The translations under genes were made by a program, and so were the position numbers. A stretch of 61,912 nt of DNA, counting the filler, from Globobulimina sp. (Eukaryota), in assembly GCA_003354225.1 (NCBI GenBank). It is 17 parts of 17 records of this genome, joined end to end, with 100 filler letters (N's around TTAATTAATTAA, not from the genome) between each part and the next. Parts side by side here need not be neighbours in the genome. Positions count along the whole stretch, not along the records: positions 21,906 to 25,455 come from PIVH01002532.1; positions 25,556 to 29,103 come from PIVH01002533.1; positions 29,204 to 32,750 come from PIVH01002534.1; positions 32,851 to 36,397 come from PIVH01002535.1; 13 more parts are not named here. One strand, written 5' to 3'. Every line of letters starts with the position of its first letter. Position 1 is the first letter of the stretch. Positions 23,017-36,497 of the stretch are shown here, piece by piece. The notes under the pieces are model-generated. The model did no database searches. It saw only the letters and a program-made list of their open reading frames with translations, and was not told the DNA's origin.

Positions 23017-25455
23017 TTACAAATCAGGAAAAATCGTTGGCTCATCCAATAAAATACGACAACATCGCATTACAAAAAATAACACAACATCGATAATCCA
23101 GGTAATCCAAGACATTTTGATAAATATTGCTATCCCATCATTATAGCTCATTTGCCTGGTTTCTGGATCTGCACAAATTAAACAATCCCAATCATTATTT
23201 GCCATTGCTGTAATAAGCAAAATCATTATTGCATTATCAAACCATTTAGGTGCTAAAGCTAATGGATTTGCAGAATAAATTGGTGTTGCCACACTTCCAA
23301 GCATCATGACCAAGAAAATATCCTCCACTTCACTAGCATCCCCTGTCATTTGTGTAGCCACAACACCACAGCCATAAAAATATAAGGTAATTACCAAGAA
23401 TATAAATAAAAACCAACCGCCCATTACTATCCAAATCAACGAAAATACAGAGAATCTACATAAAATATGAGCAAATCTCCATACAATTCGCACAAAATAC
23501 CATGGTTGCGCACAATTTGGACATTTCTTCTTTGGTTTCATACTTGTTGCAACATCTTCTACCGCATTTGCATCCAATGTCCAAAATTTATTGGCAATAC
23601 TAAATACACTTGCTATTAAAGACATAAATATCAAAATTAAATTTGAATTTGATGCTAAAAGTGCATCATTCGCACTTCGTATAATAAACGCTCCCTGCAA
23701 TACAACCTGGGGCCTAGACTCAACGACGGATTCCGATAACATACATAAATATTGCACAGCAGCGGGATCGACATCCAATAACTCCAAATCTTTTTCTTCT
23801 TGTTCTGATAATTTGACCTTTGCATCAAACTCCGTTGGATCGATTTCATCATTTTCGTCACTTTCGTCACTTTCGTCATTTTCGTCATCAATAACCTCAT
23901 TTTCGTCATTATTTGGCTGTTTTACTACCTTTGCCAATTGAATTTCATTTGCAACATTTCCTTGTCCTTGTTTCAGTTTTTTTTTCCTTAATTGATTTTC
24001 TTCAAATATACGTTTTCTTTCCAACTTTTCCTGCTTTAACGTCTCCAAACGGTCTCTTTTTCTTCGTAATTTCTCCTGATTGTCTTTGATAATATCTTTT
24101 GCGGATTTAAAAGAATCATAGACTGCCAATAATATATACATATCGACCACAGATAATAATAATCCACCGAGCAATCTTCTAAAAGAACCACCAGCATAAA
24201 ATAAACATATTCCGATAGTAACTAATCTGTACGCTATGAGTGCAGCACATGCCCCATAAAAAAAAGAAGCCATATCAACACTTTCATAGTTATGACCGTT
24301 TTGTTCGTCTTTCCATAAATAATACCATGTAACAATAACACCTAAATCAGTGGCAGTATCATAAAAATGAGCTATTATTTGTCCATAAATTTTCTTCTGT
24401 TGCCATACAGATTTAAAAAATGTTGTATCTAAATTATGATCCCCAGAATAATACACATATAATGCTAATATTATCATAAATGTTGTATATACAGAAAAAT
24501 GTGTAATGGCTGCCATTGTTGACCAATCCTCACTGTTCTCGGAATTGTGTAATTTTACAATAACAGGTGTGTCATTAACGCATTTTTGAACTTCTGTGAC
24601 AATTAATTGGAAACACATATCATTTGCACCCTCACAATTAGTATTAACACAGGAATCCATACCCATGTCTTCCATTGATTGATATATACAATAATTTGTT
24701 TTTTTATTTTGTATTTGAAACCATGCTGCGTACTGATTATGCATTCGCCAAAACTGTTCAATATCATCATTACATGGTTGTTGCTCAATGGATTGTATTG
24801 AAATATTATATCCATTGTCTCTATTAATAATACATGTATTTGTCTTCATGTTTTTGATTCTGAAATATTGAGAAGTAACATTTCCTGCACCATCAAATTG
24901 CCAATAACCGTTTTCTGAATCACAATCAATAAAATCATATGATTGAGCTGTTCCTGTTCCATTAATAAATTTAATACAGTGTTCAGTTTGTTTATTTTGT
25001 AAATTACCGATACTTCCACATTCAATGTGAATATTACTACTAACACAGTCAAGTGATTCTGATCCCCAAATAGGAACAACAAAACCAAAAAATACCACAG
25101 AAATTAAAATACAATGAATACAATAACAACTTAGAAATGGACATTTAAGATTACGACCACCACAACCATCCCAATCAACATTATCTAATAACAACATTGC
25201 ACCAAAAGAAGCAGGTCCAGTGGCAATTTGTAAGCATCCAATAACAACAACAAAGATAAATATAATATTTATATCAGGTATACTTTGTAATGCATTTTGA
25301 TCAATAATTCCAACGACAGCAAATGATAAACATGTACCAATAAAGTCACAACATACGGATGCCACAATCGTCATACGGATCCCTGTAATTGCTATTGCCG
25401 ACTCGAACTGCGATCCAGATGAAATTGACTTCATCATACCGGGAAATGACGATGC
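23017..25455 (-). CDS. XK-related multipass membrane protein with an inserted ricin-B-like lectin domain (5' may be truncated)
   Basis: XK-like motifs [11 protein letters not shown] and [14 protein letters not shown]. Ricin-B-like repeats [22 protein letters not shown] and [12 protein letters not shown]. Confidence 0.75.
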   Translation of the reverse strand, partial: ASSFPGMMKSISSGSQFESAIAITGIRMTIVASVCCDFIGTCLSFAVVGIIDQNALQSIPDINIIFIFVVVIGCLQIATGPASFGAMLLLDNVDWDGCGGRNLKCPFLSCYCIHCILISVVFFGFVVPIWGSESLDCVSSNIHIECGSIGNLQNKQTEHCIKFINGTGTAQSYDFIDCDSENGYWQFDGAGNVTSQYFRIKNMKTNTCIINRDNGYNISIQSIEQQPCNDDIEQFWRMHNQYAAWFQIQNKKTNYCIYQSMEDMGMDSCVNTNCEGANDMCFQLIVTEVQKCVNDTPVIVKLHNSENSEDWSTMAAITHFSVYTTFMIILALYVYYSGDHNLDTTFFKSVWQQKKIYGQIIAHFYDTATDLGVIVTWYYLWKDEQNGHNYESVDMASFFYGACAALIAYRLVTIGICLFYAGGSFRRLLGGLLLSVVDMYILLAVYDSFKSAKDIIKDNQEKLRRKRDRLETLKQEKLERKRIFEENQLRKKKLKQGQGNVANEIQLAKVVKQPNNDENEVIDDENDESDESDENDEIDPTEFDAKVKLSEQEEKDLELLDVDPAAVQYLCMLSESVVESRPQVVLQGAFIIRSANDALLASNSNLILIFMSLIASVFSIANKFWTLDANAVEDVATSMKPKKKCPNCAQPWYFVRIVWRFAHILCRFSVFSLIWIVMGGWFLFIFLVITLYFYGCGVVATQMTGDASEVEDIFLVMMLGSVATPIYSANPLALAPKWFDNAIMILLITAMANNDWDCLICADPETRQMSYNDGIAIFIKMSWITWIIDVVLFFVMRCCRILLDEPTIFPDL

Positions 25456-25593
25456 NNNNNNNNNNNNNNNNNNNNNNNNNNNNNNNNNNNNNNNNNNNNT
25501 TAATTAATTAANNNNNNNNNNNNNNNNNNNNNNNNNNNNNNNNNNNNNNNNNNNNTCATATACAATAATATAAATACAAATTAATGCAAATAC

Positions 25594-27092
25594 CTAACCT
25601 GGAACAACATCGTTTGGAATTATTTGACAATCTTTCGGAGGTTCATACATATAAACATTTGCTTTTGCATCGCCTGTTCTTCTGTCAATAAATGTAATCA
25701 ATCGTTTTTGCTGCAAATAATCAGTTTTCTCATCTTTTTCTTCCAATTTATTCTCTGTTACAAAATCAGTATAAATATCCTCAAACAGACGAGCTTCTTT
25801 GCTTAAATCCTCTTCACTTAATTTATATTTTAATCCATTTTTTTTTAACTTGCCTTGTATATCGCCTATACAATCAATAAAATTTGGGTTAACACCATCA
25901 TCATCATCATCGTCGTCTTCATCATCATCCTCATCATCCTTATCATCCTCCTTACCACCAAAAGCCACATTTTCTTCCACAATCTGGGGTGCACCGACCG
26001 CAGTGACTACGTCCAATTGAAACGGGCAAACAGTCTTTGCTGATTTCACTAAATTTGATATAAAAGTAATTGCCGCATTTAAAAAAGTTACAGTCACTTC
26101 TAACGAAGCATTGATTGCCGACCTTTGTCTAAAGAATAATTTCGGTGAACATCTTGCACCAAAACTCGCAACGGCGCCTGTTACTAATGCCTTGTACGAG
26201 ATTTTAACCATTTTTGCTTTCTCGAGCTCTGGAACGCAAACCATCACTTTTCGTAATCTCCGAAAATGTCTGTGAGTATTACTCCAGTCTTGTTCTGTCC
26301 ATCTGTATTATCAATATTATGCATATTATATTGTTACAAAACATATTTACATTACCCATGTATATCATTAATATGTTTAATTCGATCACGCGAATAATCA
26401 TCCACTAAATGCTGTAAATAATCGAATTTATGTTTTCTTCCAACAGCTAAAATCTGTAAAAAACCACCATCGGTCGACATTCCTTCGTTCCATAAAATCT
26501 TTTATTTGAAAAACATTTGTTAATAAATGAAAAATAGGTTGAATATATTAATGATAAACACACGGGAATTTGCTGTTGATATATTTTTTTGATTTCTTGT
26601 AAATCAGTCGACGTAATTTCAAATAAAGCCGCATTAACTGTTTTGTTGTATATTTATATGTTCTTATCTCATTATGACAGAACTTAGAGAGAAGGAACAA
26701 ACAACAATAATATAATGAGATAGCATACATTCAGGAAAATCAAGAAAGGTTAAGTCTGGATTTCGATAACATTTTCGTATCAAATCAAATATGGCTTGGG
26801 ATCTGTCTGCAGGTTCTTTCTTGAAAGGAAACTCTTCATCGAAATCAACGACAGAACAATATTCAGGCGCGTCTTGTTCTAATTCTTCTGTTAATGTGTC
26901 TTGATCCACTCCATAGTCCTCACAATAAGTACTGAACAATTTGTCATACTCTTTTCCTAAACTTTCATAATATCTACCGAATGCTGCACATATTGAGTCT
27001 ATTGAGGTTGTTTTTTCATCTAAGATATTAATCAATATTCCAGTGTTGGAAGCTATCTTTTTCGTGCAAAGTTTACATATGACTCAACTCAT
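25594..27092 (-). CDS. Multi-exon hypothetical protein (3' truncated)
   Basis: ORFs 26664..27035 and 25594..26247 are separated by GT-AG introns and small exons. There is an acidic D/E tract and a probable 36-nt first intron after ATG-A. Confidence 0.55.
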
Positions 27093-27221
27093 TTTTTGCT
27101 GTTTTGGTCTGGGTCTTTTCTGTCACAATTGTTTTAAAGTTGCATTTTAAGTTTTAATGTCATGCTTTTTGGGGTTTTCATCCAAAAACTAATAAACTTA
27201 CCAGGCCGTATCAGGTGAACC

Positions 27222-28908
27222 ATGTCCGTTCGTCTATGTGTAGGAGATGTTGTATTAGTAAAACCAATCAAAGCTCATCAATGTATTGGCTTGATAAAAG
27301 TTTCGAACATTCCTATCACATTTCCCTCCAAACTTGCTTCATATACATAATTATATTGATTATACCCAAGTATGTCGGTCCGATGGTAGATCATGATGTG
27401 ATGTCAGAATATGTCGGAATTGAACTACTTGAATCCATACCAAAAGGTTGTTAATTCTGCTTTACATTATTCTCATTATAGAGTTTGCGTGAAACACCAA
27501 CAAAAAAAAAAGGCCATAATGGGACGATTGATGGTTTTACATATTTTACAACATCGCAGGGCTATGGATGCCATACAAAGACAACCAATGTAATAAAAAA
27601 ACTATTAATTAAAGATCTATTTAAAGAAACGAAGAAATTATACAATGTATTTCAAACCAAATTAAAACACATTTCAAAACTTGAATCATTATTAGACTCT
27701 GCAAGAAAATCTCGCAGTGAAACCCCACCAAAAATTAATATAAATTTGCCATGCCATGGTCGGTCACCTGACGCTCAATCAAACTCTGTACATTCTCGAT
27801 TTTCCCAACTAACTAATGCTTATTCGCTCGCTTCGCCAATACCGACACAAACATATCACTCACACAGCGTTGCTAGAAAATTAAATCTACAAAATATAAA
27901 CTCAAATGTGTGTATACCTAATGCATATTTTGTACCTTGCTCTGTTTCTCCATTTCTCTGTTTATGAATCCAATAAATATGTGATAGCATCGCGTACATC
28001 CACGAAGAAGCAGTTCCATATCTTCATATTCTACAAAAAGCAGCTTCTCCTCAGATGACTCTGACTCATCTTCGGAATTGGAAAAAGAGAAAAAACCCAG
28101 AAATGAATATAGTAAAAAAAAATCAAGTACATTGCGAAGGTCTCATTCCACTTCGACAGAATGCGAACGCCAATATTTTGGGCGAAAACGCTCAAAAACG
28201 GCTGGTCTCCAACACAAAAGTAGTCAAAATGTATTAATCTCGCATCCATATACCAACAATATGAATATGAGCCATATTTACAATAATAATAATTATAATC
28301 CATATCAACATAGATTGCCAGCACCGGTACCGGCACCACCTCTGATATCTGAGTCTAAGTCCTCGCCATTAATATTAGTACCACTCCATCAATCGGCACA
28401 ATCTGCGCCAGCCTCTCCATACATTTCCTATTTAGAACATCAACATTATTCGAGTGCCACTAATTTGTCCATTCCGCAATCCAATACACAAATGGTTGAT
28501 GATGTGCCATTTATTGATATGCAGAGGAGTCAGCCATCAAATACTGTGTCTCCAATGTCACAGAATATGTTCATGGTAAATAATGCATATTCACCTTCGC
28601 CATATGGAGCTGGGCATTATTATAATGATCCGAGTGCATCGCATATAAGTCCTATTTCTCATTCTTCGTTAGGGTTTACTCAAACTGCAGCAATGGCAAA
28701 TTATAATGATGTTAGCAACCATTCGACACCAATCACAAACGCAATGTCTCCGTATTCAGCACAGTTAGCCGCTTATAATGAATATCGACATCAACATGTA
28801 TCAAATCCAAATGTGTCAAATCTATCAATGCATAGCCATCCAGGACCAATTGGTAAAATGTATCAAATGCAGAAAAACGGTCATGACATTCTGTATCAAC
28901 ATAAATGA
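27222..28908 (+). CDS. CAP-Gly domain protein with long S/P/N/Q/H/Y-rich low-complexity tail, 4 exons
   Basis: Spliced N-terminus RLCVGDVVLV...GLIK|YVGPM...YVGIELLESIPKG|HNGTIDGFTYF matches the CAP-Gly pattern. Introns at 27300..27370, 27447..27512 and 27908..27987 keep the frame. Confidence 0.8.
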
Positions 28909-29203
28909 TTTTGTATTAAAAAATATTAAAAAATTAAACTCATTGTTTTTACTTTTTATTTCATTGTTTTGATCACGTGAAAATGTTAACGTTTGATTTG
29001 TGAAATGTTTTGTTTTGTTTTTAATTATTTTGTGTGTAAAATAATTTATTATATTATTATGTTTTTAATACCCTTTTTTGTCTTCATATTACAAACTATT
29101 ATANNNNNNNNNNNNNNNNNNNNNNNNNNNNNNNNNNNNNNNNNNNNTTAATTAATTAANNNNNNNNNNNNNNNNNNNNNNNNNNNNNNNNNNNNNNNNN
29201 NNN

Positions 29204-32200
29204 TCAAGAAACGCATAAAAGAAGCGGTGGTCGAGTCGGATCCGCCCGATCCATATCTCGATCAATGGAACGGTATCATTCGAAATATAATCGTCCCCAA
29301 CGAGGAACTGCAGGAAGAAGAAGACTATAAAATGGATAGCATGGACAAAATGAATGTGCATTTGTCCTTTGACAATTTGTTACTACGCGGCTCTGAGCTA
29401 CGAAATTCTGACTGGTGTTATGCCATTGTGATCTACACCGGATTCGATTGCAAGATATTTATGAACAACAAGTCCCGCGAGAGACAACGCATAAAACGGT
29501 CGTCTGTGGAGAAGACATTGGGCAGATTCATATATTACATGGTCGGCGCCCAGTTCCTTATCTGTGTGATGTGCGCCATATTGTCGGGCGACTGGACCCA
29601 CCGCAACCAGCATGCCTGGTACTTACACGGCAATATCTCGCCGCAATTGGACGGATTCTATAAGTTCTTCACTTGGTTCATCATCTTTGCGCAGTTCATC
29701 CCCATCTCGTTGCTGGTTTCCATGGAAGTGGTGAAATTCATCCAGGCGCAGTTCATGCAATGGGACATCAATATGTATTGCAAATTGCGCGGCAAAACGG
29801 ACAAGTTCTGCACGGTACAAAACAGTAATTTGAACGAGGAATTGGGGCAAATTGATTACGTATTTAGCGATAAGACGGGGACGCTGACGGATAACTCGCT
29901 GGATTTCCGCAAATGCGTCATCGGAGAGATCAATTATGGCCGCGGGGAGACGGAGATTGGCCGTGCCGCCAAACGGAGGGAAGAAGAGTTGCAGCAACAA
30001 ATCGAGCATCAACAAGGTAATGGCAATAACAATGAAAGCATACCGTTCAAAATCAAACGAACGTACACCTCTGACATCGGAGTGGTGTTGGAACGAAATA
30101 ACAACGCACCGCATGTCAATTTCGATCAGGAACTCAAACTCCGGAAACAATTAAAGTTATCGTGCCTCAATACAGACAACGAGCACGCTCGAATGGTGCG
30201 GAGGTTCCTGACCGTATTGGCCATCAATAACTCGTGTTACCCGGTGTTCGACGACGAGCACAACGAGTTATCGATCCGTGCGGCCTCGCCCGACGATGAA
30301 TGTTTAACCTGTTTTGCGCAGTTTATGGGGATACAGCTGACGGACCGCAACCCGCCGTCGATCAAATTGGATGTATATCCCGACGGTTTGGACAACGAAG
30401 ATAGCCATTTCAGTGAGAACTGGCTGCAATTGGCGGAGTTGCCGTTCACTTCGAAACGCAAACGAATGAGTGTGATCGTACGCAATTTGTCGACGGGAAA
30501 GATCCATTTCACGATGAAAGGCGCGGACAGTGAGATGATACGGTTAATGGGCGCCGATTACGCGAACAGTAAATACCGCAGCTATACGGAGAAGTACTTG
30601 GATGAGTACAGCGGTGAGGGTTTGCGGACTTTGGTGGTGGCGGAGAGTATTTTGGAGGCGGATTGGTGGGACGATGCCGGCCATGGTTGGTTTGGCAAAT
30701 ATCAGCGCTTCATCGAGGACACGTTGATTATGGAGGAGACTGACCGCGGCCATATAAAAGGAGCGTGCTCGGACCAGTGTAGGAAGTGTATCTGGTACGA
30801 ACGGATCGAAATGGACGCCAAGTGCCAGTTGCTTGGCTGCACTGCGATCGAGGATAAGTTACAGGAGTCAGTGCCCGAAACCATCTCTGCGATGTTGGAC
30901 GGCGGCATAAATGTGTGGGTGTTGACCGGGGACAAACAGAAAACTGCGGAAAACATCGGCATTGCCTGCAACTTATTGGAGCCGAATATGGAACGATGTG
31001 GCTTGTTATTCAAGTTAACCTGCATGGAATCGCATACGTTGCACGATATTATGCAGTCCGCCATCGATGCGATTAATAAATATAACGCCGAGAACCAATA
31101 CAATGCGCAGTCTCCCGGCTTAGTGATCAGCTCCACGGCGCTGAAAACCATAATGGACATTGACAACAACAACGACTGCGATTTGCAGAGCCTGTTCCTC
31201 GAATTGGCCAAACTGTGCAAGTCTGTGATTGGCGTTCGACTGCAGCCCAACCAAAAGGCGCAGATCATCGATTTTATAGCCACGCGGACGTCTGCCCGGA
31301 CCCTGGCCATTGGCGACGGCACCAACGACGAGCCGATGATCCGCACTGCCAACGTCGGCGTCGGTATCTGCGGCTTGGAGGGGACCGCGGCGGTGCGGGC
31401 CAGCGATTATGCCATTGGAAAGTTCAAGTTTTTGAAGCGTTTGATGTTTGTGCACGGCCGCTTGCACTATCGACGCATCACCACGTTGGTCTGCTACATG
31501 TTTTATAAGAACGGGTTGCTGTCGCTGAGCTCCTTTTACTTCGGCTTTTATAACGGTTTCAGTGGGCAAATATTGTACAATGAGTGGGCGTACCAGCTAT
31601 ACAATGTGGTGTTTACCTGCGTTCCCATCTTTTTGTTTGCGGTGATCGACCGGGACCATACTGATAAGTTTCTGATTAACCATCCGCAGTTATATTACAT
31701 TTCGCAGTCTGGCGAGTATTTCAACTCCAAGGTGTTTTTTACGTGGATTGCGGACTCGTTGTTGGCGTCGTTTTTGTTGTTGATTATTCCGATCAACATT
31801 TATGAGAACAACACGTCTCCGGACCATACGGGACAAAGCTCGGGTTTGTGGAGTGTGGGCTGCGTCATTTTGACTGCGATCGTGTTTACGGCCAATATCC
31901 GGCTGGCACTGATTACAAACTCATGGATCTGGATAACTCACTTGTTTTTATGGGGCAGTGTCGCGGCGTACTTTGTGTCTATCATCATCTTAAACAGCAC
32001 GACTTTTTTTGCCAAGGCGGGCTCTGATTATTATTGGATGGTGTTTCGGATTTTGCAGTCGGGCCGCTTTTGGTTGACTGTGTTTTTAGTGAGTATTATT
32101 GCGTTGTTTGCGCCGTTTACGTATATCGCGTTCAGCACAATCAGGAAGAATGCGAAAATAGAGGAGCAAGAACAAAATACAATGTCTTTTAATGCCATCC

Positions 32201-32380
32201 AAAATAGAAACAATAACAATAATGATGATGATGGAGGTTTGTCTCAATAAATTATTATATTTGTTAGATGGCCTTTTTGTTTTGTTTTCTTTTCTTTTTT
32301 TAGGCGCAAATCGTCACCGTTCATCTAACGAATATGATTCTGGTTCAAGTAAAGAGCCATTAAAAGGATATGAAAAGTGA
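29204..32380 (+). CDS. P4-type ATPase (phospholipid flippase), 5' truncated
   Basis: LLLRGS, IPISLLVSME, LNEELGQIDYVFSDKTGTLT (phospho-Asp), AASPDD, FTSKRKRMSV, VLTGDK, LAIGDGTND and FYKN. A final intron at 32237..32303 leads to the stop at 32380. Confidence 0.96.
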
Positions 32381-32850
32381 TCATGACATTAAAAAGTGTA
32401 CTGTTTTGTGTTTTTTCTTCAACTTTTTTTTTTTTTTATTTATAATGGACATTTCAATTCAATTTATTGATTCTAAAGCTTGACTTCTGCGTTGTTGTAT
32501 TGTATTGTGTCAATCAGCTTAATTCTTCAATGGAACCCTCCCATAATAGGGATAACCACACTGACTCTGTCGTCATTTGAATAGGCTTAATATAAAAGGA
32601 ATCACTTTAATTCCTTGATCTCGATTTGAATGAATTAGAAAAGAGACGAATATTCTTAACCCTTTACACACGACCATCCTAGGATTTTGACGAAAAACAT
32701 GCATTGCAATGATACTTTCAGCAGTTTAAAAATCCTCAACTATTACAAAANNNNNNNNNNNNNNNNNNNNNNNNNNNNNNNNNNNNNNNNNNNNTTAATT
32801 AATTAANNNNNNNNNNNNNNNNNNNNNNNNNNNNNNNNNNNNNNNNNNNN

Positions 32851-34476
32851 CGACAGTATGCTTTTTATCACGGAACAATGGTTGGAACCAAATGAGATCA
32901 GATCAATAAACGATTGAGAGATGTCATCAAACCATTTATTACAATGAAAGCAAATATAATTGTTCTTCTGATGCGTGTACATATAGAGAGATAAACTAAA
33001 ATTGGATTCAAACATTTCGTTTTTAGAATGGAACTTCAATCGATTGATCATAAATTTCGCGTAGGAAATGACTAAATCCTTCATAAAATCATGCGATTGG
33101 TCCACTTTCCAAAACTCAATCAATTGATTATAAAATCGAATTTCAATGATGGAGACAGACATAAATTGTTGCGGAGTTTGTAAAAACAATCGATGTAAAA
33201 GTGTCAATAACTTGATGCCAGTGAGCGAGGACCGATTACATATCACCGAGGCCGACATATAAACGCGTTCCACCATATGTTGCACCACTTGTTTATCTGC
33301 GTTGTTGTCCCAAAAATTAACCATTAATCGGTTATAAAAGATTTGCGAATTTGTTTTCAGGATCTTATTAATCATCGAATCGATTGGATTGTTATACATT
33401 GATGAGTTCTTATTGACTTTTCTTTTCCTTCTGTTCTTTCCATGTTTGCCAGCCTCTGTGTGCGGCGTCGAGTGTTTGCTGTCATTTCCATCATTTAATG
33501 CTGATAAAAAGCGAATGGGATCATTATATGTGGTGGCATCCGATATGAATTTTAATACTTGTGAGATGGTGATGCGTTTGTATGGATTGCTATGAATCAT
33601 CTTTGTTTTAACAAAATTACTGGCGGTGGAACCCAGAAACATGGAACAATCAGCTTCACGAACTCCTAATTTGTTTGTATACCATTTGGGCACAGTGCCA
33701 TCATACAATAAATACAATAGCAAACAGCCCAAACTCCAAATATCACCTTTTTCGAATAATTTATTGTCTATGACGGCTGTATATTGTTTTGGGTCTAACA
33801 GTTCTGGCGCTATGAAGATGGTGGAAGAATCATCATGTTTCGATTCATAATTGTTGCTGTTATGCGCGTTTATGTTAATATTGGGATAATGCTGCATGTT
33901 ATTTGAAAATACTGAGTTGCGATTCACTGAGCCTGAACTGCCTAAGCCGCACAATCCATTGTTAATTATGACCGAAGAGTCAAAGTTAGTGATTTTGAAT
34001 GTGCCAAAACCATCCTGTACTACATTTGCAGGGTGGATGGATAAGTGCGCGATGCTATTTATATGGCAATGTTGTATGGCCTGACAAATGTCTTCAAACG
34101 CTTTTAATTTTAATTTGAAATCGTGTAATAATTTCTGTTCCATTAAGTCATTCAAATGTAGCCATGCCGAGGAGTTCTCGGTTAATAATGCAAATTCAAT
34201 GGAGCCGTCTTGATGAACAAAATGCGATGAACCTACATAACGCACAATATTTGGGTGTGATGGCAGTCGTGACAGTATATCAGCGCAGGACAAATAATCA
34301 ATCGTATTTGAACCGCTATTTATCAACATTTTTTTCAAAAAATATTCTTCCTTGGTTTTGGTCTCTGCGACAATTAATTCGGTTACTATGTCACTTGTGG
34401 ATTGTATTGATATTACCTTATATTTTGATGATCCTATTTTTAAGTGTTGTTTTTTCTTTGAAGAGGAGGTGCCCAT
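32851..34476 (-). CDS. N-myristoylated NAK-like (pseudo)kinase fused to an ANTH domain (3' truncated)
   Basis: MGTSSSKKK start. Kinase fold: LSRLPSHPNIVRY, FIAPE, KGDIWSLGCLL, PYKR. ANTH-like segments IKLLTLLHRLF and SYAKFMINRLKFH...FESNFS. Confidence 0.75.
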
Positions 34477-34644
34477 TGTTGCATTGACTGAGAAAAAAAA
34501 ACGAAAAATCACAACAAATCAGTTCAAAGAGGTATCTGGTATCAACTGACAAAAAATATAATTTATATTATACATAATTAATTATTTATTATACAAAAGT
34601 TTTGTTGAGGATTAAATGCATTATAAATATATTATATGTTTCTT

Positions 34645-36397
34645 TTATTCAAAATATTTTTTTTTGAATGTTTTATAAATAAAATAAATATCAATAATAA
34701 TGTATGACATTAATAAAATCCATAATATACTTTTATTATCAACACTGACTTGATCACTTTGAAAAAATATAAATGTTAGAAATTGCTCAACAAATATTCC
34801 AAACCATAAATAATGAAAAGGAAATGATTTTATTCCATTTGAATGATGCAAAAATTCAATTTTCCATTTTAATGTAGTTATTGCTTTAACATAAAAAAAT
34901 AAAAAAGAATTGATTGATATAATAATCATTGGATATAATAAAGGGCAAAATATTGCAAATACTAAGATTATTTCTAATTTAGTAGTAATCATAGAATATT
35001 CAGAGTCAATTTTAATTTTTTTACATTCTTTATTTTTATACATATTATGTTTAATCGTTTTAAATAATAAAATAAATAATGGCATAAAAAACATCACCAT
35101 CATTTTTACCATTAATAAATTACACCATTTATAAAGGAAGGATCTGATACATTTATTCCATTTAATACGAATGAATTTTGTTTGTGAACAAACCTCAGAC
35201 GCACTTAAAACATCTAAATCAATCGGCGGAAACGCAAAATACATGCTCCAGCTCTCATTATTGAACGAATAGTTATAATAAGAAGGTGATGGCGTTAATG
35301 GATATTTAATATTAAATGAATTTTTATCATTCTCAGTGAAACATGGTTTCCATAATTTTGTCCATCCGTTGCCACATTCATTTAATAATAATATAGAAAT
35401 TGTGATTGGAATTAATATCGTTGTTATTGTTCTTGTGATCATAATAAATTTGGTTTCGTTCATTTTTCCTCTTTTAATGTGAAACAAAATAAATGTGGAT
35501 GTAATAAATTTTGGTGTAATTAATGATGTATTTATTGCTAAAATAATTTGAATTGAATGTGTTAGCAAATTGTTCTCAATTTCGGTAAAATGCAATGTAT
35601 TGTTATCTGGTAATGATTCACTTAAAATATATAACATCAAAAGAAATATTGATATTAAATATAACACCAAATAAAATGTAAAAGTTAATAATTTTGATAA
35701 AAAATTATTTTTTAATATTGAATTAGTATCATCATCGATATCAACATGATTTCCAAACATTGAATCATTAATTAAACCGACATTCTTTTTATTACCATTA
35801 TTAACATCAAATTCATATTCGATATTTTGGTTAGAACGCGACCCCCATGTTTTGTTAATTATTTTTGTAATAATATTAATTATAATGATATTGTAAATGA
35901 TTATCAATGCGGATAATATGTATTTTATATAAATATTTTTTGTTTCAAAAAAAAATAAAGCAAAATGAGATAAAATTGGTGATGAAGAATAATATGAACA
36001 AGAAAATGGATAAAATATGAATAAAATAAATGTAATCAATAATAATTTTGTATCACATAAATGTTCATCAATTTGTTTGGTATTACAAATAAATTCACTA
36101 TCTACATATGGTATGAATTTATATTTTTTTTTAATTAAAATGAAAATATACGAAACAAAACCAACACATAAAATAATCCAACTTTTTATGATATCCACCA
36201 AAGTGATAAATAAATGTTTAGCGTCAATGAATTTTGATTGATCCATCCATTGTGGAATACCATCATCACTTAAAATTGTAAATAAATTTCCTCTTAAAAT
36301 AATTGGTGTTATATTTTGTGAATTTACTAAATTGGAAGGTAATGATGATGACAATTGATTGTTATACATTGAGATAATGCTTTTCTCAATGATTTGG
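34645..36397 (-). CDS. Multipass membrane protein, probably the C-terminal part of an LRR-containing receptor-like protein (5' truncated)
   Basis: Begins with an LRR-like end (ISMYNNQLSSSLPSNL...ILRGNLF), followed by about 10 hydrophobic segments. Very AT-rich. Confidence 0.6.
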
Positions 36398-36497
36398 NNN
36401 NNNNNNNNNNNNNNNNNNNNNNNNNNNNNNNNNNNNNNNNNTTAATTAATTAANNNNNNNNNNNNNNNNNNNNNNNNNNNNNNNNNNNNNNNNNNNN

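Noticed and set aside
27060-27092. In-frame TGA right after ATG-AGT on the minus strand, suggesting stop read-through or selenocysteine
   Set aside because: A 36-nt GT-AG intron removes it cleanly, and TGA, TAA and TAG all serve as normal stops elsewhere in the window.
29398-31569. Multiple long antisense and alternate-frame ORFs over the P4-ATPase
   Set aside because: Shadow ORFs expected from GC-rich codon usage; no recognisable motifs.
32656-32750. TTAA-CCCTTT, resembling a piggyBac terminus, near the contig end
   Set aside because: Only one short end is visible, with no partner TIR or transposase; it could easily be chance.
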